Positions 10,217 to 21,239 of a stretch of DNA of 26,697 nt are shown piece by piece. The notes beneath the pieces are model-generated. The model did no database searches, had not been told where the DNA came from, and was given only the letters and a program-made list of their open reading frames with translations. Origin of the DNA: Macrostomum lignano (taxonomy: Eukaryota); contig NIVC01003263.1 in NCBI GenBank assembly GCA_002269645.1, positions 1 to 26,697 on the forward strand. The letters run 5' to 3'. Positions within the stretch are counted from its first letter, which is position 1, and each line of letters starts with the position of its first letter. The position numbers were made by a program, and so were the translations under genes.

Positions 10217-10602
10217 CTACAATGGCGGGGGCTTGGCAGAGTACAGGTAGACCTGGCCAAAGATGGCCAGATCGATGCCAACCTGCAGCAGGCCGCACAG
10301 CCAGAACTGCACAGGTGCTGAGCGCACTATGAAATAAGAAGTTTTGAATATATCGCCAGAAGTCCACATGGCCACCATGGCGATGCTCATGCCGTCTGTC
10401 GATCGGTTCTTTAAATTCCTGTAGAACTGCGGCGCGCCCAGCAGGGCTTCGAAAAATACGGCCAGAAATCCCAGCAGTTCGACAAAAACGGGCTGGTCGG
10501 ACAGGGGGTAGGTGATGCAGGATGCTGCGACTGTGAATAGCAGCAGGAATTGCAGGTAGCTGAGGAAATCCGTCCACTTCCAGAAGTGGGCGCTCTCCAG
10601 GT
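10217..10602 (-). CDS. SLC66A2: PQ-loop transporter exon 3 (second PQ loop): DLESAHFWKWTDF...EALLGAPQFYRN...STDGMSIAMVAMWTSGDIFKTSYF
   Basis: Recognisable similarity to the PQLC1/SLC66A2 C-terminal half (HFWxW, LGxPQ, STxGMS, WTSGDxFKT); acceptor ccttccgcAG at 10604-10603; TAG at 10219-10217. Confidence 0.92.
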
Positions 10603-10674
10603 CTGCGGAAGGTTGCCAGAGTTGTGCATGGAATTTCAGGAAATGGATCGCCACTACAGGCTTTCTATCGTCAG

Positions 10675-11200
10675 GTGGGCTGCCACCCCACCCCATTCTT
10701 CAGTGGTCTGCCACCCCACCCCATTCTTCAGTGGTCTGCCACCCCACCCCATTCTTCAGTGGTCTGCCACCCCACCCCATTCTTCAGTGGTCTGCCACCC
10801 CACCCCATTCTTCAGTGGTCTGCCACACCCCATTCTTCAGTGGTCTGCCAACCCACCCCATTCTTCAGTGGTCTGCCACCACCCCATTCTTCAGTGGTCT
10901 GCCACCACCCCATTCTTCAGTGGTCTGCCACCACCCCATTCTTCAGTGGTCTGCCAACACACCCCATTCTTCAGTGGTCTGCCACCCACCCCATTCTTCA
11001 GTGGTCTGCCACCCCCCATTCTTCAGTGGTCTGCCACCACCCCATTCTTCAGTGGTCTGCCACCACCCCATTCTTCAGTGGTCTGCCACACCCCCATTCT
11101 TCAGTGGTCTGCCACCCCACCCATTCTTCAGTGGTCTGCCAATCCACCCCATCTTCAGTGGTCTGCCACCCATTCTTCAGTGGTCTGCCACCCCACATTC
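10675..11200. repeat. ~25-28 bp minisatellite CCCCATTCTTCAGTGGTCTGCCAC in PQ-loop gene intron 2
   Basis: Tandem copies; explains ORFs 10550..11263, 10624..11313 and 10731..11210. Confidence 0.97.
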
Positions 11201-11204
11201 AGTG

Positions 11205-11341
11205 CTCTGAAACGCCGAATCTTATCAGTAGGCAGAATAGTCTTCTGTCGGGTTCGCACATAGATATGAACCATGCACAGCATAGTGAAGATCATGACAA
11301 AGCTTTGCGCTAACAATGGCAATTCAAAGTGCTTGCAGAAC
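11205..11341 (-). CDS. SLC66A2: PQ-loop transporter exon 2: FCKHFELPLLAQSFVMIFTMLCMVHIYVRTRQKTILPTDKIRRFR (3' boundary uncertain)
   Basis: Acceptor ttgccAG at 11343-11342 completes the split Trp codon; resembles PQLC1 [21 protein letters not shown]; no canonical donor at the homology-predicted end. Confidence 0.8.
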
Positions 11342-11431
11342 CTGGCAAGATATTTGATAGGAAAGTGGGGCATACATAGAGAGGTTTGACAGCTGGTTCA
11401 CACTTAAATAGGCTTGAACAGCAAGGGCTTA

Positions 11432-11644
<213 letters not shown>

Positions 11645-12771
11645 TTAATGTTTGCTTGTTAACTTCTAGTTCATGCAGTATTTTCAAAGGTTAGGCCTAG
11701 TTATTATTATTTTAAACCATTTTCAGGGTGAAGGTATGAATTTAAAATCAAATCATTATGGCTAACTAAAAAAATAAATAACTAGAGCTGAGTTGCAACT
11801 GGAGCCAACTAAATTAGTATTTTTGTTAAAACTAAGTCAAATAGCCAGCATAAATTTGGGAGACTGCAAATGTATAATATTGGTGTCTGCCAAGCCTATA
11901 GCATCATTGGAATTGAGTTAAGTCAAACTGAGACAATTTGAATTGAATTAAAAAGCATTATTAGCATAGTACCTTTAGTCTTTTTAAATACAATTTTTAT
12001 TAGACTTTTATGGCCAAATCCTTTAGGACCTGATTGCCATGTTATTTAAATGTCTATAGAGCTATTTATGCTTGTCAATCATTTATGCCATTTCTATATA
12101 TTTCTAAGTAGTTGAATCTAGATAAAAATATAAGAAAATAGAACCATTTCTATATGCTACATTAGAAATTAGATTATATATTTTATCCCTTAATCTTGTA
12201 GATTTAAAGAATGCTCTTGAAGGCCAATCCCAAGGCACAATGGAGTGTGTATATATCTAAGACTATCTTGCAGAACTATTCATTAAATTATTTTCTTATT
12301 GTTAATGTGATTATTTATCTACAGAATCCAAAAAAGCTTATTAAGCAAATACATAAAGCATAAGACAAAGAAAGCAAAGCAACTTTATTTTCTAACTTTT
12401 AATCTAAGCAATAGAGCAAAATAGTCATGGCTTTTATAGAGTTAATAATTCAAGGGTTTATAGATAATTTATAGGCAACCAAAAAACTATTTTTGCAATC
12501 ATTGAGTAGATGCACTAAATGATTTATTAAAATGATTTTAAAATGATTTATTTAGCTATCAACTACACTTTTAAAATAAAACTAAATGGCAATACTAGGC
12601 CCCTATACTAAATAATTTTCTAGTCCATAATAAGTAAGTCTCTTAAATGACATAGTCTTGACCATAGTCTATAGCCAATTGCCTGGTATATAGTATATGG
12701 TAGTGTATAGTATATAGTTATATAGTAAGTTTTTGTACTTTAAAGCAATAGTAGGCCTATACTATCTTATA

Positions 12772-13507
12772 CAAAGGGTGCTAGCTGGGATAGTGATCAT
12801 TTGGGCATGCTACTTTCTACAATGGCATCTAAATTGCCTAAAGGAGCAGGTAGTTTAAAGAAAAACTATCAATGGTCTAGATGAGTGTTGATTTTTTTCT
12901 CTAGCACTTATTAGCTGAGTTATGGCCTATCACGTGGTGATATCTATGGCCATAAATTGCAATTTCACTAGTTGCGGGTGACATATCACCAGGTATATCA
13001 CCCTGCAACTACAGAGTATTTGGTGCATTTAAGCAGCTCATGCAGGGTTGAGTGCTTGGCAGCGACCATGTGCAAGTGGAAGCTAAGGTGATGCATCTGA
13101 TTTGCTCGCAGGAATTCTGCTCCATGTATTGGCAGGCTATCAACAAGCTCTCGAAGAAGTGGGCAAAGGTGATCGCTGAGAGGAAGATTGCGATGATTGT
13201 GATGACATTTGATTCTTTTGCTTAAGATTTTTCAAGAACGATTGTGTCCCTGTTTGACCCCTGACCCTCCAATCCTAGTGGCTTTAGACTTTTATCTTTT
13301 AGCAGCTGGTGAAAATTGCAATTTATGTCTGTAGATATAACCACGTGATGGGCTATAACTCAGCTAATAAAAGTGCTAGAGAAAAAAAATCAACACTCAT
13401 CTAGACCATTAATAGTTTTTCTTCAAACTACCTACTCATTTAGGCAATTTAGATGCTATTGTAGAAAGTAGTGCCCAAATGATCACTATCCCAGCTAGCA
13501 CCCTTTG
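12772..13507 (+). mobile_element. Internally deleted, non-autonomous Tc1/mariner (mariner-type) DNA transposon
   Basis: ~200-bp inverted arms (12772-~12974 and ~13303-13507) beginning CAAAGGGTG and ending CACCCTTTG, TA on both sides (12770-12771, 13508-13509), transposase remnant inside. Confidence 0.93.
12986..13225 (+). pseudogene. Mariner transposase C-terminal remnant: SPGISPCNYRVFGAFKQLMQG*VLGSDHVQVEAKV...YWQAINKLSKKWAKVI
   Basis: Resembles the mariner YSPDLAPSDYHLF motif and the terminal GIxKLxxRWxKCI helix; internal stop; no start codon. Confidence 0.85.
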
Positions 13508-15364
13508 TATATAGATTAATATCTTATGCATATATTGCATGGAATAACAAAGTTATTTTATTCTTCTATTTTAATACTTTGATGATATTATAAGCCTATA
13601 TATTCTTACATGATCATATATCTATATCATTTTATATGTATATATATTATTTTATATGCCAATTTAGAAGAGTAAGCAAAATATACAATATTCAATAATG
13701 CCTCTTACTAAGTACATGACAATGTTGCCTAAAAGTGCACTAAGTCTAAGACCCAATATAGCCATTATAGCTATTATATTAAAATTATAACTGAATAATA
13801 TTAATACATAATAGTATAATTAATACTAGGCATATAAGTATAATAATCTACTAAGGCTAATATATAGGCCTAGTAATAAATAATAATGGCAATCTATTTT
13901 TAAAAGCCTAAATTTAATATAATGTTAGTCCTAATAATAAAAAATAAAGAAACAATTTGTTTGTTTTTTTAAACAAAAGTTAAATAATAATAAATAGGCC
14001 TAGGGCCTAATGAATTTAAATAAATCAGGTTGGTTTATACTAGCTTAGGCATTGGCCATACAAGCTTTGCATAGGCCTACATTGGAATTAAGAAGATGGT
14101 CCAATTTTTTTCATAATATTTATTCAGCATTAGGGGCCTATATCAATATTGGGCACTGCATGCATTGCTAGTCCTACTGTGTTACTTAGCAGTTTCTATT
14201 ATGTTAATATAGGCTATAGCAAACACACTTGTAAATTATTGCAAAAAAGCAAAGATCTAAATTAAGAATGACTAAAACTATTGTTGATTGCTGCTTTTCT
14301 TTTCTTTAGGACTACATCTTGAAAACAAAATAAATGTTTCTGACCTTCTGTACTCAACTCAACGGCTATGTTCGTCTAGGCCCATGCATTGCTAGGCCCG
14401 GCCCTACCTACTAAATGTATCATCATGCAGTCGTCAGCAGCATCTATAATAGAACAGAACCACGCATGCACAATTACACAGAGTGTACTTGTACTGATAA
14501 TGCGACCTAATGTAATGTAATTAAATGTATAGGTGGAACCTCCACATGTAAAATGTAAGGAATACTTGAGTAGTCCTTGGTAAAATGCTTTATGGTGATG
14601 TTATGTAAGGTTGGTTCTTGGAAATTATGCTTCTTGTGATGCGAAGCCCTAGTTGTTGAGAAATATTTCGAAATTTTAATTTAATCGCTTCAATTTTAAT
14701 TTCAATCGTGTTGAATTAGCAGCGAAGGTATAAATTTCAATTTGTTCAACGCTGAATATTCAGACCAAAAATTTTTATTTTAGTGAAGTGAACACAGCCG
14801 ATACGCTCGTATTTGCTTATTTGCGAGTTTATCGATTTTAATTTAAAAAAGATTCCTAGGCAGGGCATTCTCCATCCGTCGCCGTCACTCTTCCTCCGCG
14901 TCTCCCTGCAGTCACTTATGTGTCACGTCCGCTAACCAACCACAGGCGGTTAATTCAGCTTTAACTCAGGCGTCCAAGCCATTTTCAAAAGTCAGGTTGC
15001 TAACATGTTGAACGGACCATGGCAACAGGGCGCGATCAAATAGATGATCGATCACGGGGCAGTTGAGTTGACTACATGTTTAAAAAGAGAGCTGTTTTGG
15101 CTTGTTCATAATCTGTTTATAGCTAGAGATGGCTATTGCAAATCAGATGGTCCATTCGATAATAATTACATGTATATATCTAAGATTCATGCAGACTTAT
15201 TAAAATTTAAACGAAGTGCATTCTACTTTACTATTAGCAAAGACCACGTGACATGACTATTAGTCGATAACAATGCTCAAACAAGCAATTTTCGCTTGTG
15301 ATCATAAGACACATTGGAGGAAGACATTTGTAAGAGCTCGGAATTTTGATCAGGAGATGGGGCA

Positions 15365-15495
15365 GAGTGACAGCGAGACAGGAGAGTGATAATTAGGTGA
15401 CGAAAGATGATCGACAGAGAGACGTTGTCAGATTGACAGGGAGACGGAGGCGAGTGACAGGGAGACAGGTGAAAAGTAACAGGGAGACGGATGAA
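15365..15495. repeat. Degenerate short array of GAGTGACAGGGAGACGG, same family as 17505-17730
   Basis: gacagggagacggaggcgagtgacagggagacaggtgaaaagtaacagggagacgg is nearly identical to a stretch near 17580-17640. Confidence 0.8.
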
Positions 15496-15809
15496 ATTGA
15501 TGGGTTTCGACCTTCGGGCTCCTTGTTAGGGAAGCCTTCGGGCCTCAGGCTCAGAAATAAATCAATTAGAGACCTGGCCCCCCACTCCTGTCAGATGGTC
15601 AGCCCCATGGTAGCTTGATCGTGTGGCGAGCAGTCTAGGTCCTATAGCTAAGAGAGGGACTAAGCGAGAGACGAGCAGGGAGAATTTCGAAGGTAGAAAT
15701 TAGCTAATCCGCAGATCAACTAACTTGCTGCCACCAGACTGTGCGCCCTGGCTCACCACACCGGGACTCTCGAAATCGGGCTTCCGACTAGAAGGGGCTT
15801 TGCACTTAC

Positions 15810-15942
15810 CTGCCAACTAGTGTCTTTTTGCTGTCAATCTCGAAGTCATAGCCGATGATAAGGGACACTGCTGGGACTAGATCGCATTGGCCATGCAGGT
15901 ACACAGAGGGGACTTGTGCAGGGGATTCTTGCGGTGGCGAGT
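15810..15942 (-). other. Candidate 133-nt exon of an unannotated minus-strand transcript
   Basis: Acceptor ccccatAG at 15944-15943, consensus donor CAG|GTAAGT at 15809, one open frame; no recognisable product. Confidence 0.4.
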
Positions 15943-16780
15943 CTATGGGGTAGCTACATGTACTATTACATTGCTAAATACGAAGGTTTGTACTTTTGGC
16001 CTTCAACGCGCCAACTAGCCTCTCCTAGCGCTGATGATAGACTAACTCGAACTTCAGAGACCGCATGATTCATCACCCGAGCCGCTTGGCGAACCTAGAG
16101 TGCACAGAGTACACCTCTGGAGCCGATTCTGCACTCCTGGCAGCTTTGCTCACTGATTTGATAGATTGATCGACTGAGAACTGCCTTGCCATTGGTCCAC
16201 TGTGACCGGCGCCTACTAGCTTAGCTACTCATCTGAGCCATCGGCGAACAAAGAAATAAAACCGATAAAAATAACTGTTAGATTTAACCTCCTTAGATCA
16301 CTTCACACTTCAGATTGAATTGGAGTTTTAGACTACTAGCAGTATTATTGAATGACTTCTGCCTCGATTACAGCACTACTGAACAAAATGAGCAAAAGTG
16401 TGCGCCTAATCCAGCTACTGAAACAGGAGACAGATGAGGGATCACCCAATCAAGCAAGTCTAGGCAGCCTCTCACCCAACCAATCAGAAACTCAACAGCC
16501 GGAGACCAGGTAATCCACAGTGACCGAATCGGCTTGATGCTCTGCAGCTGTAGACTCGGGATGATACTGTCACAATCTTCGCTGTTAGCTAGCAGGTGAT
16601 GCTCTTCACTTGATGTTCGCTGCTGATGACCGGGGGACTCGTCCTTGATGATGATGGGGGGGGGGGAAGTCGCAATCCGGGGATCAAGAAACGACGGTCA
16701 GGCTCCGGGAGGTCTCAAGCTAGGCCAAGTTCCCAGGAGGTTCCACGGAGGTTCGAGTCCGAGCGGGCCAAAAACTCCGG

Positions 16781-16913
16781 TTTAAATAGCCGCCAACTGG
16801 ACCGCAGTTTGTTATAATGGAACACGTCGATTCTGATTGGCTGAGCCGTTTTGTTAAAATGAGCGCCGAATTTTCTGATTGGCTAAGCTTGTTGCTACCC
16901 AGAATCACGTGAC
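16781..16913 (-). promoter_or_regulatory. Pol II promoter-like cluster: TATTTAAA (16781-16788, - strand), two AGCCAATCAG CCAAT boxes (16833-16842, 16875-16884), E-box TCACGTGAC (16905-16913)
   Basis: Motifs seen directly; order and orientation fit a start site near 16755 firing leftwards. Confidence 0.7.
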
Positions 16914-17504
16914 CGGGAGATCCTATCAGTTCCCACAGGATCGTAAAAAGATGACAGGTGCGGCCATAAATCAATCAAAATCGCAACAAAATGATTTATG
17001 ACTTTTCGCGTAGGATTGACAGAAATTAATGAAAAAATATACATTAGAAAGCTCTTACTAAATAGAAATTGAAGATAATGAAGAGAAATCGCTAATCGCT
17101 AATCCCAAAGTACTTTTAGGGGTAAAACGCATAGCTGTCAAAGCTGTCACACGCTTGAGTGAACACGAACAATAGGCTCTGACCTCATAAATCTTGATGG
17201 CCTGTCAAAATGATGAGAAAAAACCTGCTGCCCGCATCCTCTCAGACCATCTGGCGCCAGCCTCAACACCGAGTGAGGCGCAGGTGGCTGTCAGACCAGC
17301 TTCGAAAGCGATGATTTATGACCCAAAAAGCTGCGCCTATGTTATTATGACTACTAGTATGACCAAACATTATATCTAGTATAGATTCTATGACAATTCG
17401 CAGAAAAAGAATAAAAATGCCCTTAGCCTGCTGTCAGTAGTCTAGTAAGTTTAGAGCCCATGTGCTAGCGCGGGATTTGGGAAAAAGTGCGTCCTCATCA
17501 AAAT

Positions 17505-17730
17505 GAAGAGTGACAGGGGAGACAGAGGGAGAGTGACATGGAGACGGATGAAGAGTGACAGGGAGACGGGTGAAGAGTAACAGGGAGACGGAGGGCGAGT
17601 GACAGGGAGACGGGTGAAGAGTAACAGGGAGACGGAGGGAGAGTGACAAGGAGACGGATGAAGAGTGACAGGGAGACGGAGGGAGAGAGTGACAGGGAGA
17701 CGGAGGGAGAGAGTGACATGGAGACGGAGT
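17505..17730. repeat. Purine-rich minisatellite GAGTGACAGGGAGACGG(A/G)..., ~22-24 bp unit
   Basis: Tandem copies; explains ORFs 17434..18069, 17451..17813 and 17498..17743. Confidence 0.92.
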
Positions 17731-18185
17731 AGCATATTTGCATTGGAGATGAAGGCGAATGGGGTGAGAGTAAAACACAAAGGCATCGGAGGCAATAAAT
17801 AAAGCACGGTCAAACCCTCTGGTTGTTACAACCAGAAGTTTGATGGAGACGTAATAAGCTGACAGAGCTTGAGCAGATCCGCCCCTCCGTCTCGTCCATG
17901 CCATAAAAAACAGCCAGGCAGGTCTCCCATAAATGCAGATCGTAAAACTGGGTTGCGCAGTGAAAAAAGCATAAAATACAACAATTGCAAAAATATGCAG
18001 GCTGTGAGCCGTGCTCAGCGCGAGCTGTGCCAGGTCGTTAAAACAACAGACAGGGTATGACCAAGACAATCAAATTAATTGAGCCGTGGGAGGCCTTGTA
18101 AAAGACTCGTCGCACAACAAAAGCATAAATTCAGAGAGCAAAATCTCAAATGCAGTCTGCAGCCTGTGTCGGCAGGAGTTGAAGC

Positions 18186-18506
18186 ATGGAGTCGCAGAGC
18201 GGCAGCTACGAGGCTGCAGCTGACGCTGTGGAGATGCCAGCAAGCGGGCAGTCAGCCGTGGACCTGAGGGCCCTGCCCGGCTTCTCCTTTGTGCACCGCC
18301 AGTCAACCGTCGAGCCGACGCTGCAGGACGGCAGCGATCAGATCCTCAGCCCGCGGACGGCGGCTAAGAAGCGACCGGTGCCACCTGGATCCCAGGTGTT
18401 CCAGGCGTCCATGAGCAAGAGCCGCTGGAGATATAACGGCCAGTATTACTCCAGGATTGAGTCAACTTCTGAGCAGTCGGGGTCTCAGGAGGATCCAGCT
18501 TCGTGA
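18186..18506 (+). CDS. 106-aa hypothetical protein, single exon, no recognised domain
   Basis: Non-repetitive ORF with GC-rich third positions like the verified exons; cag acceptor 10 nt before ATG; AATAAA near 19007. Confidence 0.6.
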   Translation: MESQSGSYEAAADAVEMPASGQSAVDLRALPGFSFVHRQSTVEPTLQDGSDQILSPRTAAKKRPVPPGSQVFQASMSKSRWRYNGQYYSRIESTSEQSGSQEDPAS

Positions 18507-19368
18507 GGAAGAAGCATGCGAGCTACGGGCGTATTGTATCTATATGAGTAACCTTGTGAGGTAATAGAAGGCTTTTTTTCGTCTGCTTGATAAAAATATA
18601 CCGAAAACCTTCGAAGACAATGCTGATACCCAGTTTTTATTAAGTTTACCTGTGGCCGGGACAAAAGTTGATAAAATTTGCAACAAATGGGAATTCGTTT
18701 CAGTTGATCAGAAGAACCAACGTTATTATGTGCTCATAAAAAGATACTTTTTAAGGCTACTTATCTTAGTGAAGGCCAATATATTTCGATTTTGCACCGG
18801 TAAATGGTTGATAAATACATGTAGGCCAATCAGGATCGAGGCTATCTTGTGGTGGAGTCGAAGTAACCCAAGTACAACTTCGATGCGGGTGTGCCTCCGC
18901 AAAGTGGTTGCACGAATTTGGAGCTTCCTACTCCAATGAAGGCCCGCTCATGAGTACAGGAGTTGTGAGCTATACAAAGTGCATTCAGTTATCAGTGCGA
19001 ATGCATAATAAAGCAAACCTATAAGCGTATGTGATAAGTCTAAGGCATTATCGTTTAACTAATTAATAATACAAATTTAATAATGCTACTATTGATCTAT
19101 TTGTATCCTTATAGTTATATACATAGTTATACATATCTAGCGACGTTAGAGAATGAATTAGAGAAATTAACAAACAAGCAAGTAAATATATTACGTTTTT
19201 AAGTTATTTATTACCTTAATCATAACAAAGTATTAATATCAATAATATAGCTTACAATCACCACTAGCAAGACGGTTTCAACTGAGAGAGAGAAGAGTGA
19301 GACAATAAATTTGTTAAAAGTTTTGTATTACAAGAAATAAAAAAATACTAACAGTAACAAAATATCAG

Positions 19369-19648
19369 TTAGGTAAGAAAGGCCGGGAGAAAGGCCAGCA
19401 CACTTGCTCCGCACCTCGGGCATTGACTCCGACTCGTACTGCATCGCGAGCAAATCACCAGGTGTCTGCAAGGCAGGCAGACTCTGTTCACCTGGTTGGA
19501 CTGACACGCCCTGCATGCGCTTGAGTCTGGCTTGTCGGTGTCCTGCTCAGAGCGTTGCTCTGGTGAGCATTCTGCTTCTGCCGCTGCTGCCGCTGCTGCC
19601 GGTGCAGCGGCTTCGGGTGTCCGCTGTAGGCTATAGAGACCCAACGAT
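19369..19648 (-). CDS. IAP-like protein exon 4: Ala-rich linker plus C-terminal C3HC4 RING (CRACQSNQVNRVCLPCRHLVICSRCSTSRSQCPRC...AFLT*)
   Basis: C-x2-C-x11-C-x-H-x3-C-x2-C-x6-C-x2-C spacing and F-L-T terminus typical of IAP RINGs; acceptor ttctcccAG at 19650-19649; AATAAA on - at 19207-19212. Confidence 0.93.
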
Positions 19649-19809
19649 CTGGGAGAAACAGACATTGGTGGTGGAATCGCATCGTTGGTAATGGAATCGC
19701 ATCGTTTCATTCGTGGGATGGCGAGTTTGCGCACAAGTGCAATACGTATTTGACAGATTTTGACGGATTCATATTGGACTTCATATCACATTTAGATCGG
19801 AGAACATTG

Positions 19810-20120
19810 CAGGTTTAGTTTGGAGAATATAACAGGTTTAGTTTGGAGAACATGACCGATTTAGTTTGGAGAACATGACAGGTTTCGTTTGGAGAACATG
19901 ACAGATTTAGTTTGGACAACATGACAGATTTAGTTTGGAGAACATGACAGATTTAGTTTGGAGAACATGACAGATTTAGTTTGGAGAACATGACAGGTTT
20001 CGTTTGGAGAACATGACAGGTTTAGGTTGGAGAACACCACAGATTTAGGTTGGACAACATGACAGGCTTAGTTTGGAGAACATCACAGATTTCGGTTGGA
20101 GAACATGACAGATTTAGGTG
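19810..20120. repeat. 23-bp minisatellite TTAGTTTGGAGAACATGACAGAT in IAP intron 3
   Basis: About 13 tandem copies visible. Confidence 0.95.
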
Positions 20121-20208
20121 AGCGAGCATGCAAATACTTCACTAAAAAGGTGACAGTGGACGTGATAGTGATTTCGAAGATCAATTTATCGAATCTTGCC
20201 AGACTTAC

Positions 20209-20569
20209 CTGTCAGCTTTTCCCATGCCGAGCAGGGCGTCAACAGCGTCAGGCAGGAGCTTCCAACGGAGTGTCGCCCAGACCTCACCGCAGTACCCGCC
20301 GTCTGTCAAATACTGATGGACGCTGCTGATCAGGTCCCCGGCCTGGAGCTGGTCAACCAGCGGACCGATCTGACCAGCTTGCACTGATCCCTCTTTGCCT
20401 GGCTTGCTGCAGCACCGAGCCAGAACCGCAAGCAGGAGGTCAGGCATCTCGAACCCAAAGGTGACAGCTATCCGCGCCGCTATGGAGTCCTGCAGCCGGT
20501 GCCAGATGGAAGCCAGCAGCTGGCAGAACTGATCCACAGCTGCTGCTGTTGTAGCTTCTGGTGATTTTC
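20209..20569 (-). CDS. IAP-like protein exon 3, UBA-like region (SIAARIAVTFGFEMPDLLLAV...LVDQL)
   Basis: Acceptor tttgcAG at 20571-20570, donor AG|GTAAGT at 20208; phases 1 and 2 match the neighbouring exons; resembles the IAP UBA segment (A-x-x-x-GF). Confidence 0.85.
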
Positions 20570-21239
20570 CTGCAAAGTGTTTGAATTTCATAGTGCAGTG
20601 AGCTGTCCTCATCAAAATCGAGGAAATCTTACTACGAGCGCGTAGTATCGGAGGCATAGCTTATTAGTAGAAGTCTGGATTTCTTAAGCACAACTAATAC
20701 GAGTACAATTAAGGGCTGATAGTTGAGATACTTGATATACGAGTGGTTTAGGCCCACTACTGGCTACTGCTGCAAAAATGAGCCAAGTAGTCAGTATCAC
20801 CCAACTAGCAACTCTGGTAAACGCACCTTATTTTTTATGGTTGCACTTAAGCGAACCTTTCTACATTTCCATCGCATTCTGTGGTTTGTAAACTGCAACT
20901 GCTTGCACAATTTTCGCGTCTCTAGGAACATACGAAAACCTCTAATATTTTATTGTTTCATCCTTAGTTTAAATCAACGTAACGGAACGTTGCAACACAA
21001 GCTCCAGTGGACAAAGCATTAGATTGGGAGCTTCAAATCCTGCAGTTTAAGGAATCAATGCTTATTCTAGGCGCCGCCGTGCCCTTGTACGCCGTGTGTT
21101 CCGCCTCAAGCCTTGCAGTGCTGTATGTTATCTAAACTTTTTTTTAGGACACTTTAGACAGCGTAGACCTCAGCCCCCAGCAAACCTTGATTCTATGGGA
21201 TCTCCACAAAATTTACAGAAACATAGTAAAACAATTTAC

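Noticed and set aside
11727-11733. 7-nt + strand microexon-like pattern tttcAG|GGTGAAG|GTATGA
   Set aside because: No + strand host gene can be built around it; such matches arise by chance.
15810-15860. FHA-like ending (YDFEIDSKKTLVGR) in the candidate exon
   Set aside because: No following exon with the S-x-x-H motif found; the next acceptors lead to a stop within a few codons.
16030-16640. CTGATGA hammerhead core words at ~16031 and ~16623
   Set aside because: No stem II followed by GAAA and no closing stems found.
16750-16760. Perfect Pol III B-box GGTTCGAGTCC suggesting tRNA, SINE or vault RNA
   Set aside because: T-stem does not pair, no cloverleaf, no clear A-box and no T4 terminator; at most an isolated TFIIIC-type site.
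18240-18360. Stathmin-like words ASGQ and ILSPR in the orphan ORF
   Set aside because: About 30 residues apart instead of adjacent, and the stathmin coiled-coil is absent.
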